Translations under genes and position numbers: made by a program
Shown here: positions 29,729 through 39,093 of the stretch, piece after piece
Position numbering within the stretch: the stretch's first letter is position 1
Layout of the letters: the number at the start of each line of letters is the position of its first letter
Notes under the pieces: generated by a model
Seen by the model: only the letters and a program-made list of their open reading frames with translations
Databases searched by the model: none
What the model was told of the DNA's origin: nothing
DNA from: a virus
Lineage: Duplodnaviria; Caudoviricetes
IMG/VR virus record: IMGVR_UViG_3300010047_000004
Coordinates: 1 to 53,525 of that record
Reading direction: 5' to 3' (one strand)
DNA length: 53,525 nucleotides

Positions 29729-30699
29729 TGCCGGAGCCGAATGAGTTGGTCAAGGGCGGATCGCAGATAGTCGTGCGCCAGGATCTGGTGGATGAAGTAA
29801 GTGTCAGTCACGACATGTCTGTTGCAGCCGCCGCGGCTGAAGCCAAGGCCGAAATCGAGGCGCGAATTATTCATGCGAGGAAGTTTCCCAGGAACATCGA
29901 TATCTTCGATGAGGCCGTATGCAAGGATTGCAAGCGGTCCACCTTCGCGGACGTCGCATTGTTCCGCAAGCCGGTTGGCAAGAAGAAGAACGAGGAAACC
30001 GGCAAGTGGGAACAAGCTCATGCGGTGGACTTCTCGATCCGCTTTGTCGAGACGGCCTTGCAGCACTACCAGCATATCCATGTGACCTCCAGGGTCAGCT
30101 ACGATGACGCGGACAAGGCCAAGATCATCGTGGGCGTAATCGACGTGCAGAACAATGTCGGCTACTCCCAGGAATCCATCGTGGAGAAGCTGGTGGAGCG
30201 AAGAGAGGTCGCGAAGGGGCGCAAGATTCGCGGCATGCGCCAGAACACCTACGGCGACACCGTCTACTTAGTCGATGCGACCAAGGACGAGTTCCGGCTG
30301 GCTGTCGGCGCGGAACGCAGCAAGCTGATCCGCGACCAGGGCAAGCGGCTGCTGCCCAGGGATATTTTGGACAAGGCGCGAGAGATCATCGAGGCGACTC
30401 TCGCCGCCGCCACCGTGCAAGATCCTGACGCCATCAAGCGGAAACTGATCGAAGGCTTCGCCAAGGTCGGCGTGTCGGTTTCCATGCTGATCGAGTACCT
30501 GGGCCAGCCGCTCGATGCGCTGACGCCCAAAGACGTCGCAGAGTTGCGGGTCCTGTGGAACGGCCTGCGGGACGGCGAGTTCACCTGGGCCGAAGTTCTC
30601 CGCGCCAAGGAAGAGCCAGCCGAAGGCGAGCCGGAGCAACCCAAGAAACTCCGCGACCGTATCTTATCCAAGCCGACCGGCGAAGCGCCCAAAGAGTAA
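29728..30699 (+). CDS. Putative single-strand annealing protein (partner of YqaJ)
   Basis: Translationally coupled to YqaJ; EIEARIIHARKFPRN...FSIRFVE region; function inferred from position. Confidence 0.55.
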   Translation: MPEPNELVKGGSQIVVRQDLVDEVSVSHDMSVAAAAAEAKAEIEARIIHARKFPRNIDIFDEAVCKDCKRSTFADVALFRKPVGKKKNEETGKWEQAHAVDFSIRFVETALQHYQHIHVTSRVSYDDADKAKIIVGVIDVQNNVGYSQESIVEKLVERREVAKGRKIRGMRQNTYGDTVYLVDATKDEFRLAVGAERSKLIRDQGKRLLPRDILDKAREIIEATLAAATVQDPDAIKRKLIEGFAKVGVSVSMLIEYLGQPLDALTPKDVAELRVLWNGLRDGEFTWAEVLRAKEEPAEGEPEQPKKLRDRILSKPTGEAPKE

Positions 30700-30725
30700 C
30701 TCCCTCCCCGAAAGCTGGCGAACCT

Positions 30726-31511
30726 ATGAAGGATGGCAACAGACAAGGCCAGAGCCTTAGCAGCATCGACAAGGGACGGCGGATAGCCGCTATGTTCAGC
30801 ATCAGCATGAGGATAGTCGAGTATTCCGATACTTACTATCACTTCGACCTCAACGCCGGTTCGGGCTGGAACGATGAGTATGGCGTGCCGGGGACGCCGC
30901 TGGTTTTTTTGGAGCTTGCGCAGAAACATCTGCGCCGCTGGAAGGCGATGTTCTTTGAACTCGACAACACACGCGCCAGCGAGCTTGAGATGCGGCTGCG
31001 AGGCCGACCCAACTGCCGGGTGGAGATGCTGGACAACCGGCACTTCATGGAGTGGGCCAAAGGCTTGCCGCCGCACGCTGTCGGCAGTATCGTGACCGAC
31101 CCGAACGGCTGGCTGTACCGGAGTAGGACCGGCGCGGGGAGTCCGGTCGCGGAGATCATCGACTGCTGCGCCCGGTTCCTCGACATGGATCTGATCATGA
31201 ATTTGAACCTGCGGCACTACCGGCTGATGCGCGGCGATCTGAAGGCCAACCCGGAGAAAGCGCACCGGAGACTATACCGGCTGGAGGAGATGCCGAAGCT
31301 CTTCCATAGACCGCACGGCTTGATCAGCGACCGCTCCAATCATGGGCATGGGCAATTCGTTCGGATGATCCTGCGGAGCAGGAAGACGAAGCCCTACGAC
31401 GCAATGGGCTGGCATCTCCTCGACTCGCCGGAGGCGAAGGAGATTTATCGACTCGCGGAAATAACCACTGAGGAAGGAGACGTTGCACATGCCGTTAGCC
31501 GCGCTATTTAA
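30726..31511 (+). CDS. TcmP-like SAM-binding Rossmann-fold protein
   Basis: YYHFDLNAGSG...GTPL...FFELD...L and DPNG motifs, DLIMNL. Confidence 0.6.
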   Translation: MKDGNRQGQSLSSIDKGRRIAAMFSISMRIVEYSDTYYHFDLNAGSGWNDEYGVPGTPLVFLELAQKHLRRWKAMFFELDNTRASELEMRLRGRPNCRVEMLDNRHFMEWAKGLPPHAVGSIVTDPNGWLYRSRTGAGSPVAEIIDCCARFLDMDLIMNLNLRHYRLMRGDLKANPEKAHRRLYRLEEMPKLFHRPHGLISDRSNHGHGQFVRMILRSRKTKPYDAMGWHLLDSPEAKEIYRLAEITTEEGDVAHAVSRAI

Positions 31512-32454
31512 AATCGTGAAGCCGCAAACGCCGGTCGAGAAGAAGACCCGCACGGTCGTGGACACCATCATGGTGACGCCGACCTTGCTGGAGAAGTGGA
31601 AGTCGCCGCCGTTCCAGAGGCCGGTGCGCCAGAACGAGAAGGTCCGCGCCCTGGCCGAAGAGATGAAGCGCGACGGCGGCGTCTGGCCGGGAATCATCAC
31701 GCTGGCGATTCTGGACGGCGAGATCTATCTGATCGACGGCCAGCATAGGAAGGAGTCGTTTATCCTCTCCGGCTGCAAGGAAGGTTACACCGACGTCCGC
31801 ACGCACTACTTCAACTCCATGGCCGACATGGGCGAGGAGTTCGTCCGGCTGAACTCGCAACTGGTCCGCATGCGGCCAGACGATATTCTGCGCGGGCTGG
31901 AATCCTCCATCGACGGTCTGCGGAAATTGCGGGCGCATTGTCCCTTTGTCGGCTACGATTACATCCGCCGCAATCAGTCGGCGCCGGTCGTGGGCATGTC
32001 GCTGGTGCTGCGGGCGTGGCGCGGCAGCATGTCGGAAGTCCCCAGCACGGGCGCGACGTTAAGCGCCGCCCTGGTAGCGGAAACGCTCGATCCGAAGGAG
32101 TACGACGCGCTCATCGAATTCCTGAACCTTGCCGTGGGCGCCTGGGGGCGCGATTTGCAGTACGGGCGGCTCTGGTCAACGCTCAACATGATCATCTGCA
32201 TGTGGCTTTTCCGGCGCTTAGTCCTGCACCCCGAACTGTCGAGTAAGGTGGCGCCGATTACTAGGGATTCGTTCAAGAAATGTCTCATGTCGGTAAGCGC
32301 GACAGCAGACTATGTGGACTGGCTCCTGGGGCGCACGATCTCCGAACGCGACCGCACGCCCGCGTACAACCGGGTTAAGGCGATCTTCGTCGCACGTCTG
32401 CAAACCGAAACCGGCAAGAAGGTGTTCTTGCCGCAGCCCAGTTGGGCGCATTGA
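31489..32454 (+). CDS. ParB-like/DGQHR-domain protein
   Basis: FQRPV...YLIDGQHR...EEFVRLNS motifs; AAGGAG RBS. Confidence 0.8.
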   Translation: MPLAALFKIVKPQTPVEKKTRTVVDTIMVTPTLLEKWKSPPFQRPVRQNEKVRALAEEMKRDGGVWPGIITLAILDGEIYLIDGQHRKESFILSGCKEGYTDVRTHYFNSMADMGEEFVRLNSQLVRMRPDDILRGLESSIDGLRKLRAHCPFVGYDYIRRNQSAPVVGMSLVLRAWRGSMSEVPSTGATLSAALVAETLDPKEYDALIEFLNLAVGAWGRDLQYGRLWSTLNMIICMWLFRRLVLHPELSSKVAPITRDSFKKCLMSVSATADYVDWLLGRTISERDRTPAYNRVKAIFVARLQTETGKKVFLPQPSWAH

Positions 32455-32463
32455 GGAGACGTC

Positions 32464-32820
32464 ATGAAGATGACCGAAGAAGTGAAGCGACCGTTCACCG
32501 CCGAAGAGACGTCGCGGATGAAAGACGAACTGGTTTTCCGCGTGGGCGAAGTCTACGCTCTCCGCTCGCAGAAAAAGGAAATGACCTCCACGATCAACGC
32601 GAGCATCTCCACTGCGGAGAAGGCGTGCTCCGACGTGCAGACCAAGCTCGCGCTGGGCTACGAGTTGGAGGAGATCGAGATTGGCTGCACTTACGATCTG
32701 CCAGAAATAGGAATGAAAACTATCTTCGCCGCGGCTACCGGCAAAGAGATCCGCGTGGAGAGAATGACTCCGGCGGAACTTCAGCGGCAGTTGTTTGAAG
32801 ATCCAAGAGACGAGGACTGA
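32464..32820 (+). CDS. Hypothetical protein
   Basis: GAGGAG RBS; ends ERMTPAELQRQLF. Confidence 0.7.
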   Translation: MKMTEEVKRPFTAEETSRMKDELVFRVGEVYALRSQKKEMTSTINASISTAEKACSDVQTKLALGYELEEIEIGCTYDLPEIGMKTIFAAATGKEIRVERMTPAELQRQLFEDPRDED

Positions 32821-32986
32821 CGTGGGCTCCGAAGACGGTGCGCCGGTCTGCGGGTCCTGCGGCACGCCGGACATGCGATATGTCGAGGTCGAATATCCAT
32901 CCGGCGTTAGCTGTGACGGCTATTCGGAATGGATGGTGTTTTATGGGTACGTTTGTCAAACCTGCGGCGCGACTGAGGAGTTATGA
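32795..32986 (+). CDS. Small zinc-ribbon protein
   Basis: CGSC...CQTC; start may be GTG at 32822. Confidence 0.55.
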   Translation: MKIQETRTDVGSEDGAPVCGSCGTPDMRYVEVEYPSGVSCDGYSEWMVFYGYVCQTCGATEEL

Positions 32987-33186
32987 CCAAGCTTGAAAGC
33001 TCAAGCTCAGTAATTCGCGAGACGGCGGCGAGGCATCGCGACCGGCCTCTGGTTATCCGGCTGTTTCCGCGCTACCTGGAGATCAGCGAGAAGCGGCGGC
33101 GAGAAGCGTTTTTAGTCGCCTATGATGTGCTCTTCGACTTCGCCCGCAAGCTTCAGGTCAAGCGAGGGGGGAATGGAACAACCTAA
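32983..33186 (+). CDS. Hypothetical protein
   Basis: GAGGAG RBS, ATGA overlap. Confidence 0.65.
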   Translation: MTKLESSSSVIRETAARHRDRPLVIRLFPRYLEISEKRRREAFLVAYDVLFDFARKLQVKRGGNGTT

Positions 33187-33505
33187 GATTCGGAGTCTCC
33201 GCGAGATTCAGTTCGCGCACGATTTATACGCGGGACTCATTCTCGAGCCCAGCATCCCTATCGGCTCCGGCTCGATGTTAGCGATTCGCATTCATTCTTA
33301 TGCGGAGGTTCTGTGCTGGGTCCTGGGGCACACGCACAACCGCTCGTTCGCAGATCACATGGACAGAGTCATGCGCGAATTCAAGCGCAGGGGGATCGCC
33401 ATGATGGAGATCTCCGGCGAGCCGGTGACCTGGGAGGAGGGCCAAAGGATCTTGACTGAAGAGCCGGAGACGGCGAAGCCGGTGAAGGAGCCGCCGAAGG
33501 AATGA
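33173..33505 (+). CDS. Hypothetical protein
   Basis: GAGGGG RBS; VLCWVLGH motif. Confidence 0.65.
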   Translation: MEQPKIRSLREIQFAHDLYAGLILEPSIPIGSGSMLAIRIHSYAEVLCWVLGHTHNRSFADHMDRVMREFKRRGIAMMEISGEPVTWEEGQRILTEEPETAKPVKEPPKE

Positions 33506-34293
33506 AACAACCGGAGCAATTAGCTTTTGATTATGGCTCACTCGATAAGTCCACGCGAGAATTCGTTCAAGAACGGGCGGCGCAGATCCATCAGGCGGCG
33601 CGGGCGACAGCGGCGGGGATTGTGAAGATTGGCGGCTGGCTGACGGAAGTGAAGGAACGCCTGGGCCACGGGAAGTTTCTCGACTGGATCAAGCGGGAAT
33701 TCGCATGGAAGCAAGACACAGCCCGAAGCTTCATGCACGTTTTCGAGATGCTCAAAAACCGAAATTTTCGGGATTTGGAAATCGACGTTTCCGCCCTCTA
33801 CCTGATCGCCGCGCCACGCACGCCCGAACCCGTTCGCACCGAGGTTATCCATCGCCTTGAGATGGGCGAGCAGATCAAGCATTCGACCGTGAAGGTCGTG
33901 GTATCCGAGTACAACAAGACCGGCGATGCGCCCAAGGCCGTCGCCAAGTTATTCGACGCCGTGAGAGAGGCGCAACAGAAGGAGATCGTGCAGAGGCGGG
34001 AACTTCCCTCGCCAGCGGAAGCCCGCAAGACGGCCATAGCGACCGGCATGCACACGTTGGACCGGAACGGCGTGTACCAGCCGCCGATGACTGTCGAAGC
34101 CCAGGCTGACTATCGCGCCGACTGGAAGAGGGTCGGACCTATCGCGGACTTCATCCGCTGGGCGTCGTCATCGCCGGATCGCGCCCAGGCGCTAGTCGAA
34201 CTGGTGAAGGCTCGTCACTGGGCGCGGGACTTCAAGCCCGATGAACGGCGTCGTGCCGTGCGGCTACTCAAGGAATTTGACGAGGGCCTATGA
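33502..34293 (+). CDS. DUF3102-domain protein
   Basis: IVKIGGWLTEVKERLGHGKFLDWIKREFAWKQDTARSFM and SALYLIAAP. Confidence 0.85.
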   Translation: MKQPEQLAFDYGSLDKSTREFVQERAAQIHQAARATAAGIVKIGGWLTEVKERLGHGKFLDWIKREFAWKQDTARSFMHVFEMLKNRNFRDLEIDVSALYLIAAPRTPEPVRTEVIHRLEMGEQIKHSTVKVVVSEYNKTGDAPKAVAKLFDAVREAQQKEIVQRRELPSPAEARKTAIATGMHTLDRNGVYQPPMTVEAQADYRADWKRVGPIADFIRWASSSPDRAQALVELVKARHWARDFKPDERRRAVRLLKEFDEGL

Positions 34294-34823
34294 GACAGAA
34301 GAACGAGATCAAGGATCTTCAGACTGAAGCGCGGTCAAAATTTGAACGCTTCATTGCGTCTGAGTTAGTCGCCAAGCCGCAGGTTTCGACTAAGAACTTG
34401 GCGCGGGAATTCTACGACCAGGAGGAAGTCCTCCTGCGACGGATCGCAACCTATTCGATCATCCGCTTACTGGTCAAATGGGCGGATGACATTCTCAATA
34501 CGTCAACCACTCTTGAAATCTCGCGGAACGGAAAAACCCAGTTGCCATTACCGTTCGATCTCCAGGGTATCGACGTGCCGGGGGCGATCAGCTTCATTAC
34601 CGGCGCGAGCAAGGTGGAATGGGTAGCGAATTATAAAGCCCTGGGCTGGCAGATGGATTCGCATGCGTATCTTCTCCGCAAGCATGAAGAAGAGGTCATC
34701 GCCGCCCGCGCCGAATTCGACCGGCTGCATTATGCCGTCAAGCCATTGCAGGATGCAGATCCGGCGCTAACGCTGGAGGAAGCTCTTATCCAACTGACTG
34801 ACGACGACAAAGGAGCCGCATGA
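34290..34823 (+). CDS. Hypothetical protein
   Basis: ATGA overlap with neighbours. Confidence 0.7.
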   Translation: MRQKNEIKDLQTEARSKFERFIASELVAKPQVSTKNLAREFYDQEEVLLRRIATYSIIRLLVKWADDILNTSTTLEISRNGKTQLPLPFDLQGIDVPGAISFITGASKVEWVANYKALGWQMDSHAYLLRKHEEEVIAARAEFDRLHYAVKPLQDADPALTLEEALIQLTDDDKGAA

Positions 34824-35038
34824 CGATCAAGCTTGATCACTTGCGCAACGCCGACCCAGGCTGCGGCGATCAGCCGCCCAGCGAAGCGGCCATCTTCTTG
34901 GCCGAACAGATTCTCAACGCGCAGCCCGAAGTGCGAGCAAACCTGCTTGGCGGCGTCGAGATCGAATGGCGGGATCGCTCGCGGAATCTGCTGCATTCGG
35001 TGACGATCACTGCGGAGGGGACCGAATGTCTGGAGTGA
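34820..35038 (+). CDS. Hypothetical protein
   Basis: AAGGAG RBS, ATGA overlap. Confidence 0.6.
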   Translation: MTIKLDHLRNADPGCGDQPPSEAAIFLAEQILNAQPEVRANLLGGVEIEWRDRSRNLLHSVTITAEGTECLE

Positions 35039-35250
35039 ATGAACTAACTGAACTGGAACGCGCCCACGCGCTCACGAGGGCGTTGCTGTCGCGGGTTGGG
35101 AATCCGTCAGTGTGTCGTGGCCCCAACTGCAAGGCTGAAGTCTATATGGTGCGCCACCTGAACGGCGTCCTGGGCATCTACAACCCGGACGGCGAGTCGC
35201 ACTTCGTTACGTGCCCTGATCGCGAGTTATTCAGGAGGCCGAAGCGATGA
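35026..35250 (+). CDS. Small Cys/His metal-binding protein
   Basis: CRGPNC...SHFVTCP; GGAGG RBS. Confidence 0.65.
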   Translation: MSGVNELTELERAHALTRALLSRVGNPSVCRGPNCKAEVYMVRHLNGVLGIYNPDGESHFVTCPDRELFRRPKR

Positions 35251-35480
35251 CGAGTAACGAAATGGCTCTGCTCCTGGGCGACTTGCTGACGGATGTTTTC
35301 CGCACGCACTCGATCACGTCGCCGGACCCGTTCTTCACCGTGCGGAAAGTCGTGCAGCCGGAGGAAGGGCCGATCTACATCTTCGCCACCAACCAGCCGG
35401 GAATGGACCTGCTCGATGACGCGGCGAAGGCTGCTGGCGGCATCTCGATTCTGGAGGCGGAAGATGGCCGACCTTCCTGA
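35247..35480 (+). CDS. Hypothetical protein
   Basis: AGGAGG RBS, ATGA overlap. Confidence 0.65.
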   Translation: MTSNEMALLLGDLLTDVFRTHSITSPDPFFTVRKVVQPEEGPIYIFATNQPGMDLLDDAAKAAGGISILEAEDGRPS

Positions 35481-35721
35481 TCCCTGGGCGGGAATGGAAT
35501 CCGTCCTGTCGCGAAGCGAGGTCGCGGCGATGCCGCCCCAGGTGGATTCCCGCTCGCCGCACGGCTTCATCGTGGTAGGCCTCCAGTGGCTGCGCCAGCA
35601 CCTGCGCGGGCGGCACTCCGACATACTGCGCATGCACCTGACCGGCGAGTCGGCTGACGGGCGCCGGTTCTGGTTCCGCGACCTTCCCGGCGTGCGCCAG
35701 GAACTGGGGATGGAGGAATGA
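35464..35721 (+). CDS. Hypothetical protein
   Basis: GGAGG RBS before ATG 35464. Confidence 0.55.
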   Translation: MADLPDPWAGMESVLSRSEVAAMPPQVDSRSPHGFIVVGLQWLRQHLRGRHSDILRMHLTGESADGRRFWFRDLPGVRQELGMEE

Positions 35722-35722
35722 C

Positions 35723-36811
35723 ATGACTCAGGAAACAACCCAAGAAGAGCAGGTTCTGATTCGCGGCAAGGTTTTCTTGTATCGCCAGAAGGCGCCATTT
35801 GTTCCGTCCGGCGCATCGGTGCATGGAGCATTGGAATACAACGGAGAGTCCGACGAGTTGCGCTGTCACGAGTGCGGCGGCTGGTATCGCATGCTCGCTA
35901 CTCATATCGTCAAAGCGCATCGCATCCGCGCCGCCGAGTATCGAAAAAGGCACGGCCTCAGAAGGCTATGCGCCCTGTGCGGGCCAAAGATGATCGCCAA
36001 GATAAGAGGCGGCGAGCGGAAGGAGCAATACTACCAGCGTCTCCGCGAGCGGGTCCGCTCGCCCGAGGGAAGGGCAAGCTTCGCGGCGCTGGCGCGAGAC
36101 TGGAGGGCGAGATATCCCAGAGTTCAGCCGCCGACGGATTTAGCCGAACGAAGAAATGAAACTGGACATTGCCATGCCCAACTCACACGACGGCTAAAAG
36201 AATTGGCGGCGATGTACGGCGGGCTTCCGACCAACGCAGAACTGTCGAAGCATGGCCTATCCCCGGAAAGTATCTGCGTGGTTTTCAATTTGCCGACCGT
36301 GACGGAGGTGATGAAGCTCCTTCAGTTGGCGCCGTCCCGAAATAGGGCTGGAGCCAGTGCATATACGCGAGAGGTACTGATCGAAATGCTGCGGGATTTT
36401 TGGGCGAAGTACGGTTGCCTCCCAATGCGCTCGCATATACGCATGGGTTTGGTCCCGAGAAGCGAGGCCTTTACCCGCGCCTTCGGCTCGATGGCAGAGG
36501 CCTACGAGGCGGCGGGATTATCGATAGCAGCCGCTCGCAGCCCACATGGGAAAGCCGCACGCCGGAAGGAATTAATCGGCAAGATACAGAAGTTTTATCA
36601 GGAGCATGGGGACGTGCCGAGGGCATCGCGCAAATATGGGCGTGGCGACGGCGAGTCATTGCCAGCCGGATTTCCATCAAGAGGGGCCATCGAAAGACTA
36701 TTCGGCTCGATGTATGCGGCTTATGAAGCCGCCGGTCTGCTTCGCGAGTTTCACGCCTTCAACCGCCGCGGCGTGGGTGCGCCATTTCACCCCAAGCCTA
36801 TAGACCTGTAA
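35723..36811 (+). CDS. ROS/MucR-like zinc finger fused to homing-endonuclease-associated repeats
   Basis: LRCHECGGWYRMLATHIVKAHRIRAAEYRKRHGL; repeats of type YTREVLIEMLRDF..KYG..P...FGSMAEAYEAAGL. Confidence 0.7.
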   Translation: MTQETTQEEQVLIRGKVFLYRQKAPFVPSGASVHGALEYNGESDELRCHECGGWYRMLATHIVKAHRIRAAEYRKRHGLRRLCALCGPKMIAKIRGGERKEQYYQRLRERVRSPEGRASFAALARDWRARYPRVQPPTDLAERRNETGHCHAQLTRRLKELAAMYGGLPTNAELSKHGLSPESICVVFNLPTVTEVMKLLQLAPSRNRAGASAYTREVLIEMLRDFWAKYGCLPMRSHIRMGLVPRSEAFTRAFGSMAEAYEAAGLSIAAARSPHGKAARRKELIGKIQKFYQEHGDVPRASRKYGRGDGESLPAGFPSRGAIERLFGSMYAAYEAAGLLREFHAFNRRGVGAPFHPKPIDL

Positions 36812-36835
36812 TAAAGTCCATGTTACATCTAGTTC

Positions 36836-37240
36836 ATGACCGAAACCATTCCGACTCCGACCCGGTTACCCTTCCGCGCCGGGTCCATTCAAATGCGGCA
36901 CGGTTCCTACTGGGCCGTCTACACCGCTTCCAAGGGGAATCAGGTGCAACTCAACACGCAGACCGCCGATTCTGTGGCTGCGCTCCGGTGGTGTGCGGAG
37001 CGGGTTGCGGCGGTTCTGCGCGTGAAGCTCTTCACCATCGAGACGATTGCTAATGGCGCGGGGACCGAAGGCTACGGCTACGGGCTCTCCGCAGCCCAGC
37101 GAGCCGAAATCCGCGCCGCCGTCGAAGCGGCTCAAGGTGACGCTCAAGCAGGGACCACCGCTGGAAGGACCGGGGCTGGTCGCAGCATTAAAGCGGCTGG
37201 TCGAAATCGGGCGAAGGCTGGAAAGGGAGGAACGCGCTAA
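36836..37240 (+). CDS. Small protein resembling an integrase arm-binding domain; candidate directionality factor
   Basis: AGSIQMRHGSYWAVYTASKGNQVQLNTQTAD..AA pattern; stop overlaps integrase ATG. Confidence 0.5.
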   Translation: MTETIPTPTRLPFRAGSIQMRHGSYWAVYTASKGNQVQLNTQTADSVAALRWCAERVAAVLRVKLFTIETIANGAGTEGYGYGLSAAQRAEIRAAVEAAQGDAQAGTTAGRTGAGRSIKAAGRNRAKAGKGGTR

Positions 37241-39009
37241 TGGCCGCAAGAGCATTTCCAAAACCCGCACGCCGGACAGCCATCGGGATTAAGCGCGTCA
37301 GCTTGCTGAAGCAGGTCGGCAACTACTCCTTCGACGGACAGGGCAACAAGTTCGCCCTCCTGGCCGACAAGTACGATTGCGACATTCCCGCCGAACTGAT
37401 GATCGAAGACAAGGGCTACAGCGGCACTGACTTTAACCGGCCTTCGATCCGGCTCGCCAAAAAACAGATCCGCGCTGGCGTGGCGAACGCCGTCGCATTC
37501 CCCTGGATAGACCGCTTCGCCCGCGACGTCGAAGGCGGGCTCGCAACCATCCGCGAGTTCCTTGAACTCAAGGCCCACGTCCTCCTGGGCGACCTGGGCT
37601 GGTATCAGGACAGCGGCTGGTTCAAGATGCAGATGAACATGTTCCTCACCGTCGCCCAGTATCAGCGGGACGACATTGCGGAGAAGTCCCGCTACGGCGT
37701 CATGGCAAAGCTGGCGAAGGGCCTCGCGCACTTCGGGGCGCCCTATGGCTGGCACATGGTCACCGGGCGCGAGATCGCGGCGCGGGCGCTGAACGCGGGC
37801 GAGGAAGTGCCGGTTGGCAGACCGCAGAACTTCTACGAACGGCGCGTGAACGAACTGGAAGTCGTGCAGCTAATCGGTGAACTCGCCCTGGCCGGAGGGC
37901 GCGACGGTTCTCTGCGCGGCATATGCCGGGAACTGGATTCGCGGGGAATCAAGACTCCCGGCGGCAAGCTGGGCTGGAATCCGATTACCGTTTCCGTCCT
38001 GGCGAATGACCTGACGTATTCGACCGGCGAATGGTGGTACGGCAAGCGCAAGTTCATCGAGCCCAAAAAAGTTCGCAACCCGGAAGCGGAGCGGCATAAG
38101 GTCCGCACCGTGGCGGTGTTCAAGCCCCGCGAGGAGTGGGCTGGCAAGATCGAAATGCCCGGTGGCGGCATCTGGACGCCGGACGAGCAAGCGGCCATCA
38201 TCGAGGGCCTGAAGCGCAATGGCGCCGCATCCACCGGCAAGCCCGCACGGCGAGCCGAAGACGGCGGTCAGGTGGCGATACTCAGCACGCTGGTTTCCTG
38301 CGGCGCCACCGTGATCTCCGGCGAGGGCATCGGTGAGGAGTGCAAAAAAGCGATGGCGCCCGCGCATGGAAGTTCGGTGAAGGACGACGGCACGCGGACG
38401 CTCTATTACCGCTGCACACACCGGCACAAGACCGAGGGACATTACGAGTGCGATTCCAAATCCGTTCGCGCCGACATTTTGCATCCCGGCGTTTGGAACG
38501 GCCTGAAGACCGCCGTCTGCGACAACCTGCAAGCCTTGGTCGCGGAGAAGTTCGGTGAGGTGGTCACGCCGGACGACGAGGCCGAACTGGCTCGCCTCCG
38601 TGAAGAGCGGAAGCGGAAGGAGCAGAAGCGGCGCGAGGCTATGAGAAAGGAGATCGAAGCCGACTCCGATGAGGACAAAGCGGAGTATGCTGGGCTGGTG
38701 GCGAAATATAAAACCGAACTCGCCCTCTTGGACCGGCGCATCGAAGCCGGAGCCGGAGAGGTTGAGCCGGAGCAATACGACCTCGCCACAATTCAGCGGC
38801 TAGCCCGCAAAGCTTTCCAAACGACCGACCCGGTGGAGCAACAAGCCATCCTGCTGGACTGGATTCCGGCTGGCGGCGTGCGCTATGCGAATGGCTGGGC
38901 GGAAATCACCATCCTGGTTCGCCTGAATGTTGTTAATTGTAAGCTGCCTGAACGTGCGATTTACAATAAGCAACTCCAGGTAACGACCAGGGTACGGATC
39001 GCGGCGTGA
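37240..39009 (+). CDS. Large serine recombinase (integrase)
   Basis: Catalytic RVS...Q, DKGYSG..FNRP, IDRFARD, APYGW, recombinase domain, Zn ribbon (LVSCG...C...YYRC...C), coiled coil. Confidence 0.95.
   Translation: MAARAFPKPARRTAIGIKRVSLLKQVGNYSFDGQGNKFALLADKYDCDIPAELMIEDKGYSGTDFNRPSIRLAKKQIRAGVANAVAFPWIDRFARDVEGGLATIREFLELKAHVLLGDLGWYQDSGWFKMQMNMFLTVAQYQRDDIAEKSRYGVMAKLAKGLAHFGAPYGWHMVTGREIAARALNAGEEVPVGRPQNFYERRVNELEVVQLIGELALAGGRDGSLRGICRELDSRGIKTPGGKLGWNPITVSVLANDLTYSTGEWWYGKRKFIEPKKVRNPEAERHKVRTVAVFKPREEWAGKIEMPGGGIWTPDEQAAIIEGLKRNGAASTGKPARRAEDGGQVAILSTLVSCGATVISGEGIGEECKKAMAPAHGSSVKDDGTRTLYYRCTHRHKTEGHYECDSKSVRADILHPGVWNGLKTAVCDNLQALVAEKFGEVVTPDDEAELARLREERKRKEQKRREAMRKEIEADSDEDKAEYAGLVAKYKTELALLDRRIEAGAGEVEPEQYDLATIQRLARKAFQTTDPVEQQAILLDWIPAGGVRYANGWAEITILVRLNVVNCKLPERAIYNKQLQVTTRVRIAA
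38929..38974. other. Candidate attP: 46-bp imperfect inverted repeat with central AA
   Basis: GTTGTTAATTGTAA...TTACAATAAGCAAC arms; AT-rich island in the integrase 3' end. Confidence 0.55.
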
Positions 39010-39038
39010 GCCGCCAACCCTCTGACCAGAGGGCAATT

Positions 39039-39070
39039 AGCCCAGGGGCTCTACACCCCTGGGCTTTTTT
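39039..39070 (+). terminator. Rho-independent terminator
   Basis: AGCCCAGGGG-loop-CCCCTGGGCT followed by T run. Confidence 0.85.
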
Positions 39071-39093
39071 GCGTTTGGGGGCGCTCTAAGCCC

